Shown: positions 1 to 11,810, counted from the first letter of the stretch. The stretch: 64,000 nt of DNA from Octopus bimaculoides (GCF_001194135.2 NC_068995.1:40807256-40871255); one strand, 5' to 3'. A program made the numbers and translations. Notes: a model not told the origin generated them from the letters alone.

Positions 1-189
1 AGGTTATCAAGGGGACATGAGACATCGAGTTTTTCACTTGAAAAGAAAATTGAGAGTGGAGAGGCAAGTGCTGTCCTCGAGCGAATCTACTGAGAGGTAA
101 GTGAAAGATACGAAAATGGCAAGAGTGGGTGGTACCGCTTTAAGTAAAGACTAATTGAGTCGGAGAGCAGAAACTGGAGAAGGTACTTG

Positions 190-450
190 CCCTTGGTGTA
201 AGCCCTTATGTTGATGGCAGCTACAAAGTTCCTTGAGTTGAGATTTTACTCCAAGAGAAGTTTGAGGGGCTTCAAATATGCACTGATGACCTTGTCTTTC
301 ATTTCTCTGTGCAAGACATTGTCCAGCTCCAGGATCCCAAGGCACTTGTTCCCATCATCATCTGGGTCTTCCATTTGCCCTCCCTGTGGCAATTCTATGC
401 CCCTACATCTGCTCTTTCTCCGCGTTTTAAAGTGAGCATCGTACACTTTG
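190..450 (-). mobile_element. R4/Dong-clade LINE reverse-transcriptase fragment (decayed)
   Basis: The minus-strand ORF 246-446 reads GIELPQGGQM...KCLGILELDNVLHREMKDKVISAYLKPLKLLLE, and the same frame continues past a stop as *NLNSRNFVAAINIRA. This matches the R4/Dong pattern GI.LP.G...YKYLGILE..I.H..MK..+..EY..R+..+L.SKLN..N...AIN..A (recognised from memory). Confidence 0.7.
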
Positions 451-805
451 AGATACTGAATTCCATCTACACACTCTCAACCAGCCTCTCTATTTCAGGC
501 TATATTATTGCTATCGAGTGAGAGAGCAGCGTACGCCATTACAATGACACAGGGGTACAAATAAACGAAGCCTAATTTACCCACCATGACTACCTGACTG
601 ATAAGGGTACACAAGGTACATGCGTCACAAACGTATGGGCGCGACATGGCGATCTCATATCAAGATAAACAGCGCATGACCGTGCAAGTGGGATGCAGTA
701 TAAAATTTTCTTCAGGTAGAGTAGCCCATCCCGCTCAAAAAGTCTATTATTATTGTCCATAATATTTTTTCTTAATGTAAACCTTCGTGGTTAATAAACA
801 AATCC

Positions 806-914
<109 letters not shown>

Positions 915-933
915 CAAAAGGAATACTCTTTAA

Positions 934-1395
934 TCTTTTACTCTTTTACTATTTTACTTGTTTCAGTCATTTGACTGCGGCCATGCCGGAGCACCGCCTT
1001 TAGTCGAATCAAATCGACCCCAGGACTTATTCTTTGTAAGCCTAGTACTTATTCTATCGATCTCTTTTGCCGAACCGCTAAGTTACGGGGACATAACTAC
1101 ACCTGCATCGGTTGTCAAGCAATGGTAGAGGGACAAACACAGACACGCAAACACACATACATATATACGACAGGCTTCTTTCAATTTCCGTCTACCAAAT
1201 CCACTCACAAGACTTTGGTCGGCTCGAGGCTATAGTAGAAGACACTTGCCNNNNNNNNNNAAATCCACTCACAAGACTTTGGTCGGCTCGAGGCTATAGT
1301 AGAAGACACTTGCCCAAGGTGCCACGCAGTGGGACTGAACCCGGAACCATGTGGCTGGTAAGCAAGCTACTTACCACACAGCCACTCCTGCGCCT
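934..1395 (-). mobile_element. tRNA-derived SINE, family A (octopus OR2-like, CORE-like segment)
   Basis: Head GGCGCAGGAGTGGCTGTGTGG (A box) and GGTTCAGTCCC (B box), then CCTTGGGCAAGTGTCTT (CORE-like), an internal microsatellite and an (AGTAAAAG)n tail. About 50 bp is duplicated across the 10-N gap at 1251-1260, an assembly overlap. Confidence 0.85.
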
Positions 1396-1462
1396 GGATA
1401 ACATTTGGTCATAACATTTGTTATTTCCGGCTCAATAAGTAAAACATCTCTGTGTGGAAGAG

Positions 1463-1690
1463 TGTGGGAGGAGGGAGAGTGTGTGAGAGGGAGAGTGTGT
1501 GAGAGGGAGAGTGTGTGAGAGGGAGAGTGTGTGAGAGGGAGAGTGTGTGAGAGGGAGAGTGTGTGAGAGGGAGANNNNNNNNNNGGGAGAGTGTGTGAGA
1601 GGGAGAGTGTGTGAGAGGGAGAGTGTGTGAGAGGGAGAGTGTGTGAGAGGGAGAGTGTGTGAGAGGGAGAGTGTGTGAGAGGGAGAGAGA
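1463..1690. repeat. 16-bp minisatellite (GAGAGGGAGAGTGTGT)n
   Basis: About 13 tandem units, interrupted by a 10-N gap. Confidence 0.9.
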
Positions 1691-2095
1691 TACTGTGTGT
1701 GTGTGAGGTTGTAGAGACTGTTATATCTTGGGATTGACGGTAACTGTTACTGCTGATAACAGAGGAAAACTGAGAGAAGAGACTGGATATGACGGGTTGG
1801 GCTGTTGATGAAAATGTCCATCAACACTTCTTAAGTGACTTAGCTTTACTATAAGTCCAAACTCTATTACTTTTCCTGTTACTCACAGAAGTTTTGTTAT
1901 TTCTTGTCATCCATCGCTTTTCCTCTCAGCGTCTTACACACGCATTCACAGCACACGCTTAGTTAAATCTCGTTCCCTCCCTCACTCCCTCTCTTACTCT
2001 CTGTCCTCCTTTCTCTCTCTCCCACTCTCTCCTATCTATCTATCTATTTATTTCTCTATCTTTCTATTTCTCTATAGATGCATATTTATACATAC

Positions 2096-2133
<38 letters not shown>

Positions 2134-2208
2134 TTGTGTGTGTGTATGTGTGTGTGCGTGCGTCTGTGTATGAGAGAGTGCGTGTGTATACATGTATACA
2201 TGCATTCC

Positions 2209-2251
<43 letters not shown>

Positions 2252-2289
2252 CGTGTGTGTATATATATATATATACACACACACTGAAT

Positions 2290-2356
<67 letters not shown>

Positions 2357-2807
2357 CAATAAGATAAACTTACTTGGAAATGGATGCGTGGCGTTCGATC
2401 ATATAATAATATAAATAAAATATATATATAGGCTTATATACATATATATATGTACATACTGACATTTATATATGTATGTATATATACGTGTATATGGATA
2501 CAGGACGTCACAAGATATAAACAACATGAAATACGAAAACATGCAATCCGAAATACGAAAAACAACATAAAATACGAAGACAAACTCTTTTGGGCGAACA
2601 ACGAGGGAAACAAATGGAATACAAGACAAGTAACACAAAGAACGACCATTCATCAGTTGTCGGCTGTTTTTTCTACTCCACATTTCGAGCAATTCACGAC
2701 AATATGTGCCTTCGAGAACACAGTCGCTCCCGCAAACCTAAATAAAATTCGGGATTTTGCGGAGTGTCAAAGTTGGTAACAAAATCTGGACAGTGGACCA
2801 AATAGTG

Positions 2808-3136
2808 AGGGCTGCTAAGCCAGACGGGGTAAGGTGGCGAACGCTGAGGAACATTCTTTGACAAGAGTTCTCTCCTTCACCGTTTTCTATCTGTGATTCT
2901 CTCTCTGTCTCTCTCTGTCTCTCTCTCTCTCTTTCCCTCTTCCTCCCTTATTCTCTTATTGCTCACACGTAACCATCGTCCATCCTTTTTTTTCCACACA
3001 CGTTCATCTTTCTTTTCTTCCGGTCTGTTTCACAGACTAGACGTATTCTTGTCTGTCTCCTCTCCTATCTTTTCTCCTGTCAAAGAATGTTTCTCAACGT
3101 TCGCCAACTTACACCGTCTGGTTTAGCAGCCCTGTA
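2808..3136. mobile_element. MITE-like element with 60-bp terminal inverted repeats
   Basis: 2808-2867 is the reverse complement of 3074-3133 at about 90% identity. The right end reads ...GCAGCCCTG-TA, like a Tc1/mariner CAGGG..TA terminus. The interior is CT-rich and non-coding. Confidence 0.6.
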
Positions 3137-3204
3137 CCCATATATGCATATATATATACATATATGTCAGTATGTACATATATGTATGTATATATGCCTC
3201 TCTC

Positions 3205-3615
3205 TCTTTACTCTTTTACTTGTTTCAGTCATTTGACTGCGGCCATGCTGGGGCACCACCTTTAGTCGAGCAAATCGACCCCAGGACTTATTCTTTGTGA
3301 GCCTAGTACTTATTCTATCGGTCTCTTTTTGCCGAACCGCTAAGTTACGGGGACGTAAACACACCAGCATCGGTTGTCAAGCGAAGTTGGGGAGACAAAC
3401 ACAGACACACAAACATATACACACACATACATATATATATATACATATATACGACGGGCTTCTTTCAGTTTCCGTCTACCAAATCCACTCACAAGGCTTT
3501 GGTCGGCCCGAGGCTATAGTAGAAGACACTTGCCCAAGATGCCACGCAGTGGGACTGGACCCGGAACCATGTGGCTGGTAAGCAATCTTCTTACCACACA
3601 GCCACTCCTGCGCCT
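3205..3615 (-). mobile_element. SINE family A, full length
   Basis: Same head, body and tail as 934-1395. Confidence 0.9.
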
Positions 3616-3925
3616 ATACATATATTATTTATATTATATAATATATATACGATATATATTTATATATATATATGCATATATGTATATATGTATATTTGCA
3701 TATATATATAATATATATATATGTATATATATATACATATACATATATGAATATACATATATATATATACATATATATATATATACATATGTATATGTAG
3801 ATATATATATATACATATATATACACATATGTATATATATATATGTGTGCGTGTATGTATGCATAAAAACAATAAATTGAATAGATAGATACAATTGACA
3901 ATCCAATAATTATTGGATTGTCCAC

Positions 3926-4151
3926 GTAGAACACGGGTTACTCTGAAAGTTTTGACCAATTTTGTATTTTAGAAGTAGAGATGACCCGGAAGTTGTTCCC
4001 TTTCGATTACCATCGCAAACAACATGAGCTTTCTTCAACCGAATACGCGTCCTTGATTGGTTGAAATTACCCAAATACGACAACTTTAACACGAAATAAC
4101 TTGTAAAATACGAAATTTGGTCAAAAATGTTCAGAGTAAACCGTGTTCTAC
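3926..4151. mobile_element. MITE (226 bp) with ~50-bp imperfect TIRs
   Basis: The left end GTAGAACACGGGTTACTCTGAAAGTTTTGACCAATTTTGTATTTTA matches the reverse complement of the right end TAAAATACGAAATTTGGTCAAAAATGTTCAGAGTAAACCGTGTTCTAC. No clear TSD. Confidence 0.75.
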
Positions 4152-4199
4152 CTGAGAAATTCTACCAGTATTCGAAATTTCAAACTGTTTAGTTAAAAA

Positions 4200-5170
4200 T
4201 ATAATTTAAAAATCTGTGATTGAGATGGAATAGATCCTGAATTATACCCATATTTCTGTGGTATTCAACTGACATACCAGTGAATTGGATGTTTTGCACA
4301 CCGCTTTGAAGGAATTCTTTTTCTTGGCTTGTTACTTTATNNNNNNNNNNNNNNNNNNNNNNNNNNNNNNNNNNNNNNNNNNNNNNNNNNNNNNNNNNNN
4401 NNNNNNNNNNNNNNNNNNNNNNNNNNNNNNNNNNNNNNNNNNNNNNNNNNNNNNNNNNNNNNNNNNNNNNNNNNNNNNNNNNNNNNNNNNNNNNNNNNNN
4501 NNNNNNNNNNNNNNNNNNNNNNNNNNNNNNNNNNNNNNNNNNNNNNNNNNNNNNNNNNNNNNNNNNNNNNNNNNNNNNNNNNNNNNNNNNNNNNNNNNNN
4601 NNNNNNNNNNNNNNNNNNNNNNNNNNNNNNNNNNNNNNNNNNNNNNNNNNNNNNNNNNNNNNNNNNNNNNNNNNNNNNNNNNNNNNNNNNNNNNNNNNNN
4701 NNNNNNNNNNNNNNNNNNNNNNNNNNNNNNNNNNNNNNNNNNNNNNNNNNNNNNNNNNNNNNNNNNNNNNNNNNNNNNNNNNNNNNNNNNNNNNNNNNNN
4801 NNNNNNNNNNNNNNNNNNNNNNNNNNNNNNNNNNNNNNNNNNNNNNNNNNNNNNNNNNNNNNNNNNNNNNNNNNNNNNNNNNNNNNNNNNNNNNNNNNNN
4901 NNNNNNNNNNNNNNNNNNNNNNNNNNNNNNNNNNNNNNNNNNNNNNNNNNNNNNNNNNNNNNNNNNNNNNNNNNNNNNNNNNNNNNNNNNNNNNNNNNNN
5001 NNNNNNNNNNNNNNNNNNNNNNNNNNNNNNNNNNNNNNNNNNNNNNNNNNNNNNNNNNNNNNNNNNNNNNNNNNNNNNNNNNNNNNNNNNNNNNNNNNNN
5101 NNNNNNNNNNNNNNTTTTTAATGGCCGTCTAAATTCAAATAACACTCGGCCCTTCATCTTTTCCTCATAC
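4200..5170 (-). pseudogene. Possible mariner transposase remnant spanning a 774-N gap
   Basis: The minus strand before the gap reads KMKGRVLFEFRR (cf. mariner N-terminal LLFEF.RG). After the gap it reads TSQEKEFLQSGVQN then frameshifted PIHW (cf. mariner C-terminal SK.KEFY..GI.NLP.RW). The spacing of about 970 nt fits a ~340-aa transposase, but the core lies in the gap. Confidence 0.35.
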
Positions 5171-5175
5171 CAGCA

Positions 5176-5235
<60 letters not shown>

Positions 5236-5394
5236 TACATACGTATGCTCTGCCTGAGGCCCCCAACTCATAGACCAAGTCGTAGGACGCCGTCGTGAAA
5301 TATGGCGGCGTGTCTGGGGCAGCTTTTATATTTAGCGGGGACCATTCCTCTCCTAACCAAACTACAGCCGATTCTGCCTGAGAAAGAAAAAGAA

Positions 5395-5555
5395 ATCGAT
5401 CTCAGCATTTAACTGGTACAACATCTATGGACTCCGAAATTATGAAAGCAAATTTGACCCCAGTTAGATTTGAACTCAGAGACCGACCAGAGGGCAGCAA
5501 GGATCAGTTCCTACCTTGCCGTCGCTCAAAAAAATTTAGCGATTCACCACCTTCT
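5395..5555 (-). mobile_element. SINE family C, degenerate
   Basis: Contains ATGAAAGCAAATTTGACC..GATTTGAACTCAGA, a diverged reverse copy of family C. Confidence 0.6.
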
Positions 5556-5704
5556 TACAATGGTGTGCTTTCGCTGATTTACAATATAAGACCTAAACAT
5601 TCGCGGAAGTGCCTCCTGTATTCGCCGGAAGACCATAATTAGTAATAATCAATGATTTATGATATTCTCACCGAATAATTATTTCCAATCAACTCTTTAA
5701 AGTA

Positions 5705-6185
5705 CATTAAAATGACTCAATGTTAAATATGTTAGATTCCTAATGGCCCATGCATTATAGATGTCAACTTTTGTCCATAGTACACACATTAAAAATATAA
5801 TTTGCATGGTCTTTGATATGTTTATTTTTTAACGACTCATTACTCAGAGATATAAATATTTTAATGATACATGTATTAAAGATATTCATTTTTTTAATGC
5901 TTTTTCATTAAAGATGTTAAACTTTCTATGGAACACATAAAAGATGTTAACATTTTAATAGTAGAGACGTTATTCTTTTGAAATTTCCATTCGTTAAAGG
6001 TGTAAAGATGATCCACTATTAAATATATCAATTCTCTACGATCCTCGCATTAAAGATATTAATCTTTTTATTACACACGCCATTAAATGTGTTAATTTTT
6101 AACGATCCATAGATCCATAGATGTTAGTTATTTAATGGTCCACACATTGACATGTTGACATTTTAATGACTTCTATCTTAATGGA
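5705..6185. repeat. Degenerate ~30-33-bp minisatellite with near-palindromic unit
   Basis: About 14 copies approximating CATTAAAGATGTTAACATTTTAATG plus ~7 nt (gtccaca-like), e.g. at 5906, 5937, 6048 and 6082. Confidence 0.75.
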
Positions 6186-6214
6186 TCATACATTATTATT
6201 AATGCTACCACTAA

Positions 6215-6422
6215 GGCGGCAAGCTAGCGGAATCGTTAGCACGCCGGGCAAAATGCTTGGCGGCATTTCGCCATCCTTACGTTCCGGGTTCAAAGTCGAC
6301 TTTGCCTTTCATCCTTTTTGGGGTCGATGGATTACGTACGAGTGAAACATTGGGGTCGATGTAATAGACTAGTCGTTTCCTCCAAAATTTCAGGCCTTGT
6401 GCTTTTAGTAGAAAGGATTATT
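6215..6422 (+). mobile_element. tRNA-derived SINE, family C (Meta-domain-like central segment)
   Basis: Head GGCGGC(G/A)AGCT(G/A)GC(A/G)GAATCG and B-box-like GGTTCAAA, followed by GTCGACTTTGCCTTTCATCCTTT.GGGGTCGAT and the tail GGCCTTGTGC..AGTAGAAAGGATTATT. Confidence 0.85.
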
Positions 6423-6564
6423 AATAATAACACTAACTTTACTGAGTTCGACTAATTTCCGTGTTATCTATGTATGACAACCGGGAACAGCTTTGTCTCC
6501 ACCCCCACCCCAACTTCAGATTTTGATTCGATACAATGTTTACCGACGTAGTATATTCGGTTCT

Positions 6565-7071
6565 GTGGAGGCGCAATGGCCCAGTGGTTAGGGCAGCGAA
6601 CTCGCGGTCATAGGATCGTGGTTTCGATTCCCAGACCGGGCGTTGTGAGCGTTTATTGAGCGAAAACACCTAAAGCTCCACGAGGCTCCGGCATGGGGAT
6701 GGTGGTGAATCCTGCTGTACTCTTCCACCACAACTTTCTCTCACTCTTACTTCCTGTTTCTGTTGTGCCTGTAGTTTAAAGGGTCAGCCTTGTCACACTG
6801 TATCACGCTGAATCTCCCCGAGAACTNNNNNNNNNNNNNNNNNNNNNNNNNNNNNNNNNNNNNNNNNNNNNNNNNNNNNNNNNNNNNNNNNNNNNNNNNN
6901 NNNNNNNNNNNNNNNNNNNNNNNNNNNNNNNNNNNNNNNNNNNNNNNNNNNNNNNNNNNNNNNNNNNNNNNNNNCTCAGCCACTTGCACGTTAATTTCAC
7001 GAGAAGGCCGTTCCGTTGATCGGATCAACTGGAACCTTCGTCGTCGTAAGCGACGGAAAGCCAACAACAAC
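6565..7071 (+). mobile_element. tRNA(Arg)-like SINE, family B (OR1-like), with perfect 12-bp TSD
   Basis: A box TGGCCCAGTGG, B box GGTTTCGATTCC and a (CAA)n tail. The TSD ATATTCGGTTCT occurs at 6553-6564 and 7072-7083. An internal N gap is present. Confidence 0.9.
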
Positions 7072-7639
7072 ATATTCGGTTCTATAGGTTATATAGAATT
7101 AGCATTCGGGAAACAGCTTTGGTTTTAATCTCCTCAGACGACGATGAAATAAATTCACCATACACTCTATCAATAGCCTTTGGGTCAACAGAAAGAACCA
7201 ACGTTTTAGAAATCCCCCCCCCCAAAAAAAAAATAATAATAAAACTGAACATTGATAGAAATTCTTCGATCATTGACGCCAGTAAATTCAAACCACCATC
7301 TTGTATTCTGAGTAAAAGAGAAAATATCTTAATTCACAGGCGTTTTGTACAAAGCGTGAAACAAAACAATATTTTGGTTGGTGTTAACAGATTAACTAGA
7401 CATCAATTTGTACTGAAACAGTGAAAGACAGACAACTATTTCTTTTAGTGTTTACATATTTAACGTATGAAGTGTTAACAAGCCAACTAGACAAACATAT
7501 GGAGTGACACCCAGAGAGAGAGATAATCAGACAGACAGACAGGCAGTTAAATTAGTGTTGACACATGTATGTAATGTCTTTAAGAAGCTAACAAGACGTC
7601 TCAGAATGTAACCAGAAAAGGGACTCCCGAGTTACAGGC

Positions 7640-7957
7640 CTAAAATCACTGACAGACACAATCGAGCCTCTGACCTACAAGCATGCTATGTCTCCTCTCT
7701 CTGCTTTTCCTAACCGATACTATAATGGACTCTGTCCCTTGAGGCGGTCGAGTTTCGTTGCGACCCCCTCTGGTACACCTGTCTTGTTTATCTTTTTCTC
7801 AAGCCCCATACTAATCCATACACCTAGTTCCTCTTACCTAGTAATCATTCCCTTGGAATTCCAGCGATAGTTTAAGAGGAATATTAACAACGCCAGCGTC
7901 ATCAACCTGGAATGTCTCACGGAGGCCATGGATACCGCACCTTCTTCTAAACCAAGT

Positions 7958-7994
<37 letters not shown>

Positions 7995-7995
7995 A
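7640..7995 (+). mobile_element. CR1/Jockey-group LINE 3' end with poly(A)
   Basis: Translates LTDTIEPLTYKHAMSPLSAFPNRYYNGLC, then PWNS and FKRNIN in other frames (cf. L.PL..RR....L..FYRYY.G.CS..WNSLP..FK..+N). It ends in a run of about 30 A at 7962-7993. Confidence 0.6.
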
Positions 7996-10139
7996 AATGA
8001 AATGACAATAGTAAACTATGAATATTATTCTACAGCAAATACTAGAGACAACTCAGTCATATTCCGGATTATTCTGACCTCATTAGTTGAAAAAAGATTG
8101 GCTACAATTTACTTGCCGAAGTAGTGAAGACTGTATAACTAAGTATAATGTACAGTATTGTTTAACGTAGCATTTATTTGACGTATGAGTATAGAATGGT
8201 TTAGAAATCACAATACTCAGAGACACCATTCTAAGGAAAAGTAAAATTTATATGATTGAAAGTATTTTCTATGTCTTCTGCCTTTTCCCAGTAAGAAACA
8301 GATTTACTCGGCGTACAGCGTTAAACTAAATCTAAAAACAAAAAAAAATATCTGAAGAAGAATATTTATGTTGTTAATCCGAATAAAATTGTTTTTATTT
8401 TGCCAGTAAGGGAGACAAATCTACACAAGTTTCAATCTTATTTTGACCTTATCATTGAAGTAAAAGAATTAGCGAGGAAACCAAAACTAAGTAAAATATG
8501 ATTGACTATTAGAGCTGGTGAAAGGAAATATAATTAATTAAACATTAAATATATTTATAAAAACAAAATGTATAATTTTTTTAGTAGAGTATGATGGTGG
8601 TGGTGGTGGTTATGGTGTGCAGTCAGCTCTGATTGATCATTCAACATTTTAAAAATTTATCTTAGTTTTACAGACGAATGTCTCAAGGATTTCATTATTT
8701 AATGTGTTCTTTCTTTGGTAAAGTATTGAATACAAACTTGTTACCAGTTCAAATATTCTTGAGGGATATTCGAAACCGTAAGAAAACCATTCACTATATT
8801 TTGTCATGGAGAAAATTTCTCGCTGCAGACAAATAGGTATAAATACACCGAGTCAGTTCACAGCTTTACCAAACCAGACAGTGGGATGCATGCATTTCGG
8901 AGTGGTTATCTCCTCTTCAGCCGCAGAGACCACGAACGAACGTGCTGCGAACTGATACGAGAGGCAGAACCCTCTCATGATATTCCTGTCGTTTAGAGAC
9001 TGTTTGCGGTATTCAACGGCTCTCCGTAAATAAAATACGGGTGATATGAATAAATACAAGCCTGTTAATAGTTCAAATATGCTTGAGACATATTCCAACC
9101 ATTCACTGTATTTTGTCGCAGAGAAAAATTCGTTGTGTTGTCTAAGAAGAGTGATTTGACTGCTATGTCTAGCGAATCGGCGATCCCGTTCGTTCGTTGT
9201 ATTGACGTTACAGTGAAGTGTAAAACATTTTTATCATTTTTCTCATTCAATCTTCGAACTGTTCAAGTTAATCGGGTGTCATGTGAATGCTGTTTTATTT
9301 CATTTACACACACACACACACACACAAACACACATACACGCACACTCACACAAACATATGTATATACAGATATGTATATACATACATATACATACATACA
9401 CACGTATATATGTATGTTTAAAAGACAAATATGGCGACATTCGTACATCTTTCTCTCTCTCTCTCTCTCTCTTTCTGTCTGTCTGTCTCTCTCCCTCTCT
9501 CTCTCCCTCTTCCTCTTTCTTTCCCTCTACCTCTCTTTCCCTCTCCCTCTCTCTCTCTACTTCTCTTTCTTACTCACTCACTCTCTCTCTCTCTCTCTGA
9601 AATAATGCCTTAAGAATAATGTCACTTCCCTCATGTACAACTCATCGAAATCCAATTTTCTATCATTTAAAATTCTCGAAATTCTCTCAGGTGAAATGCA
9701 TCACCTTATTAATACGTTTAATAAAATATTATCTACTACTACTTATATGTTTCATCTTATCATCTCGAACATTCCACCGAGTTTTCTTGCAATGTGTAAT
9801 GAATTCTCACTTTACACACCACTCCAAAAATAGAATTTTCATCTTTCCAAACATGAATGCTAATCTAAAGTGATATTGTCAGCAAATCAACGACGTCATG
9901 GCATTGTAGGTTTCCACGTTTATTATACCTGGCGGAAGTCTTTTAGATACATCGTAAATGGAAATAAGAACGCAATATGTGAGAGAAAAAAAGAAAAACA
10001 AAAACAGAAAAACAAAATGCTATAACTAATCATGACTAAATTAAGAAGCCATGGTGATCTGTCTTAATCCGGTTTAAAGACATTGATTTATGGGAGCGGG
10101 GAGAAGATTAAAGTCATATAAAATCTCCGGGTTGAAAGA

Positions 10140-10576
10140 CAGTATAGGTGTAGTTGTGTGGTATAAAGTTCGCTTCTCAACCACTTCGATGCGGATTCGG
10201 TACCACAGCGTGACATCTTAGGCAAGTGTCTTCTACTATAGCCTCGGGCTGACCAAAGCCTTGCAAGTGGACTTGGTAGACGGAAACTGAAAGAATCCCG
10301 TCCTGTGTGTGTATGTGTGTGCGTGTGTGTGCGTGTATGCTTGTGTGTATTTATATGTGTGGGTCTTTGTTGTTTCCCCCCTCACCACCGCTTGGAGTGT
10401 TTGTGTGTTTACGTCCCCGTAACTAAGCGGTTCGGCAATGAAACATATAGAATATCTACCAAGCTTTAAAAAATTAACACCTTGAGTCGTTTTGTTCAAC
10501 TGAAACTCTTCAAAGCGGTGCCCCAGCATGGCCGCACTCAAATGACTGAAACTAGTAAAAGATAAAAGATAAAAGA
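10140..10576 (+). mobile_element. SINE family A, diverged
   Basis: Contains TTAGGCAAGTGTCTTCTACTATAGCCTCGGGC..CGTAACTAAGCGGTTCGGC..ATGACTGAAACTAGTAAAAG. Confidence 0.85.
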
Positions 10577-10659
10577 AAAAATATCTATAAACTGAAAAGC
10601 TTTTGTATCAGATGCTCTACCAATTCTAGTATCCATCACACAATATTGGATTCACATAA

Positions 10660-10882
10660 GGTGGCGAGCTGGCAGAACTGTTAGGACGTCGGACAAAATG
10701 TTTAGTCGCATTTCGTTCGTCTTTATGTTCTGAGTTCAAATTCCGTCGAGTTCAACTTTACCTTTTATCCTTTCGGGGTCGATAAAATAAGTACTACGCG
10801 AGCACTGGGTTGATGTAATCGACTTTCCCCACCCCCAATTCTCCGAAATTACTAGCCTTGTGCCAAAATGCGATACCAATAT
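10660..10882 (+). mobile_element. SINE family C
   Basis: GGTGGCGAGCTGGCAGAA..GAGTTCAAATTCC..CCTTTCGGGGTCGATAAAATAAGTAC..GCCTTGTGCCAAAA. Confidence 0.85.
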
Positions 10883-11619
10883 TAGGGTCCCCTTTGCAGA
10901 TGATTTTAACTCTTTAGCATTCAGATTCCTCTGTCAAATGTAATGCTTATTTTTATTCACACTGATATGGATTGGTCATGCATTGACTTGTAGCTTTGAG
11001 CTTTTCGATATTGTGATTGTTTAATTTTAGAATAATATTGTAGGATAAGCGTGAGCGGCTGAATCTGGCCAGTTAGAAGATAACACAAGTAGGTTATTTT
11101 AGCCGGAAAAGGCCGGTTTAAATGCAAAAGGGTTTGTTGTCTTCTCACATTCACGCAATCTTAGAGTATAAATTGGTTTGAGGTTATCAAATACACTCCA
11201 GTACTTCAGCCGAAATGTGAAAGGTAAAGTCTACCTTGGCAGAAGTTTGAAATCAGAATGAAGGGAGCCAAGTGTTTTTTCCGGTGTTGACTGTTTAACA
11301 TTTACTCTACCCCCACTAGTTTTTTCTGGCTCAAAGCCACATAGTTTGGAGACGGGGTAGGGTATAATCGACTAAGTAAACCCCAGTATTTGACAGGTAC
11401 TTTTTATCNNNNNNNNNNNNNNNNNNNNNNNNNNNNNNNNNNNNNNNNNNNNNCCCCCCCCCCCCCGAGTGGATGAAAGCTAAAATAAATTTAGCCAAGC
11501 CGGACTTGAACCCAGAACATAAAGCTACGGAACTAAATAGCGCGGGACATTTTGTTCGCCACTACCAATTCTGCCAATACACCAGTCTGTTGTAACTCAT
11601 TTTATTGGTCTCCAATTTT

Positions 11620-11757
11620 GGCACGAGGCCAGCATTTTGGTAGAGTGGTAAATCGATTGCATCGATCCTAGTATTCAACTGTTCAACTGGTACTTATTTT
11701 ATCGACTTCAAAAGGACAGAAGGCAAAATCGACCCTGAGGGAATTTAAACTCAGAAG
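11620..11757 (-). mobile_element. SINE family C, 3' part
   Basis: GGCACGAGGCC..GGTACTTATTTTATCGAC..GGCAAAATCGACC..TTTAAACTCAGAA. Confidence 0.7.
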
Positions 11758-11774
11758 GTATATACATATATATA

Positions 11775-11810
<36 letters not shown>

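Noticed and set aside
1200-1310. Apparent tandem duplications around 10-N gaps (also 16345-16452 and 54700-54800)
   Set aside because: Identical sequence on both sides of a minimal gap is typical of unmerged contig overlaps.
2480-2790. CTGATGA and GAAATGT motifs on the minus strand suggesting another hammerhead
   Set aside because: The motifs are in the wrong order for type I, I could not build stems II/III, and the cleavage triplet would end in G.
5705-6185. CRISPR-like appearance of palindromic repeats
   Set aside because: Eukaryotic context, highly degenerate repeats, 5-10-nt spacers and no cas genes.
6565-6645. tRNA-Arg-like sequence (also 30040-30119 and 50390-50470)
   Set aside because: These are SINE heads continuing into a SINE body with TSDs, and no complete acceptor stem is present.
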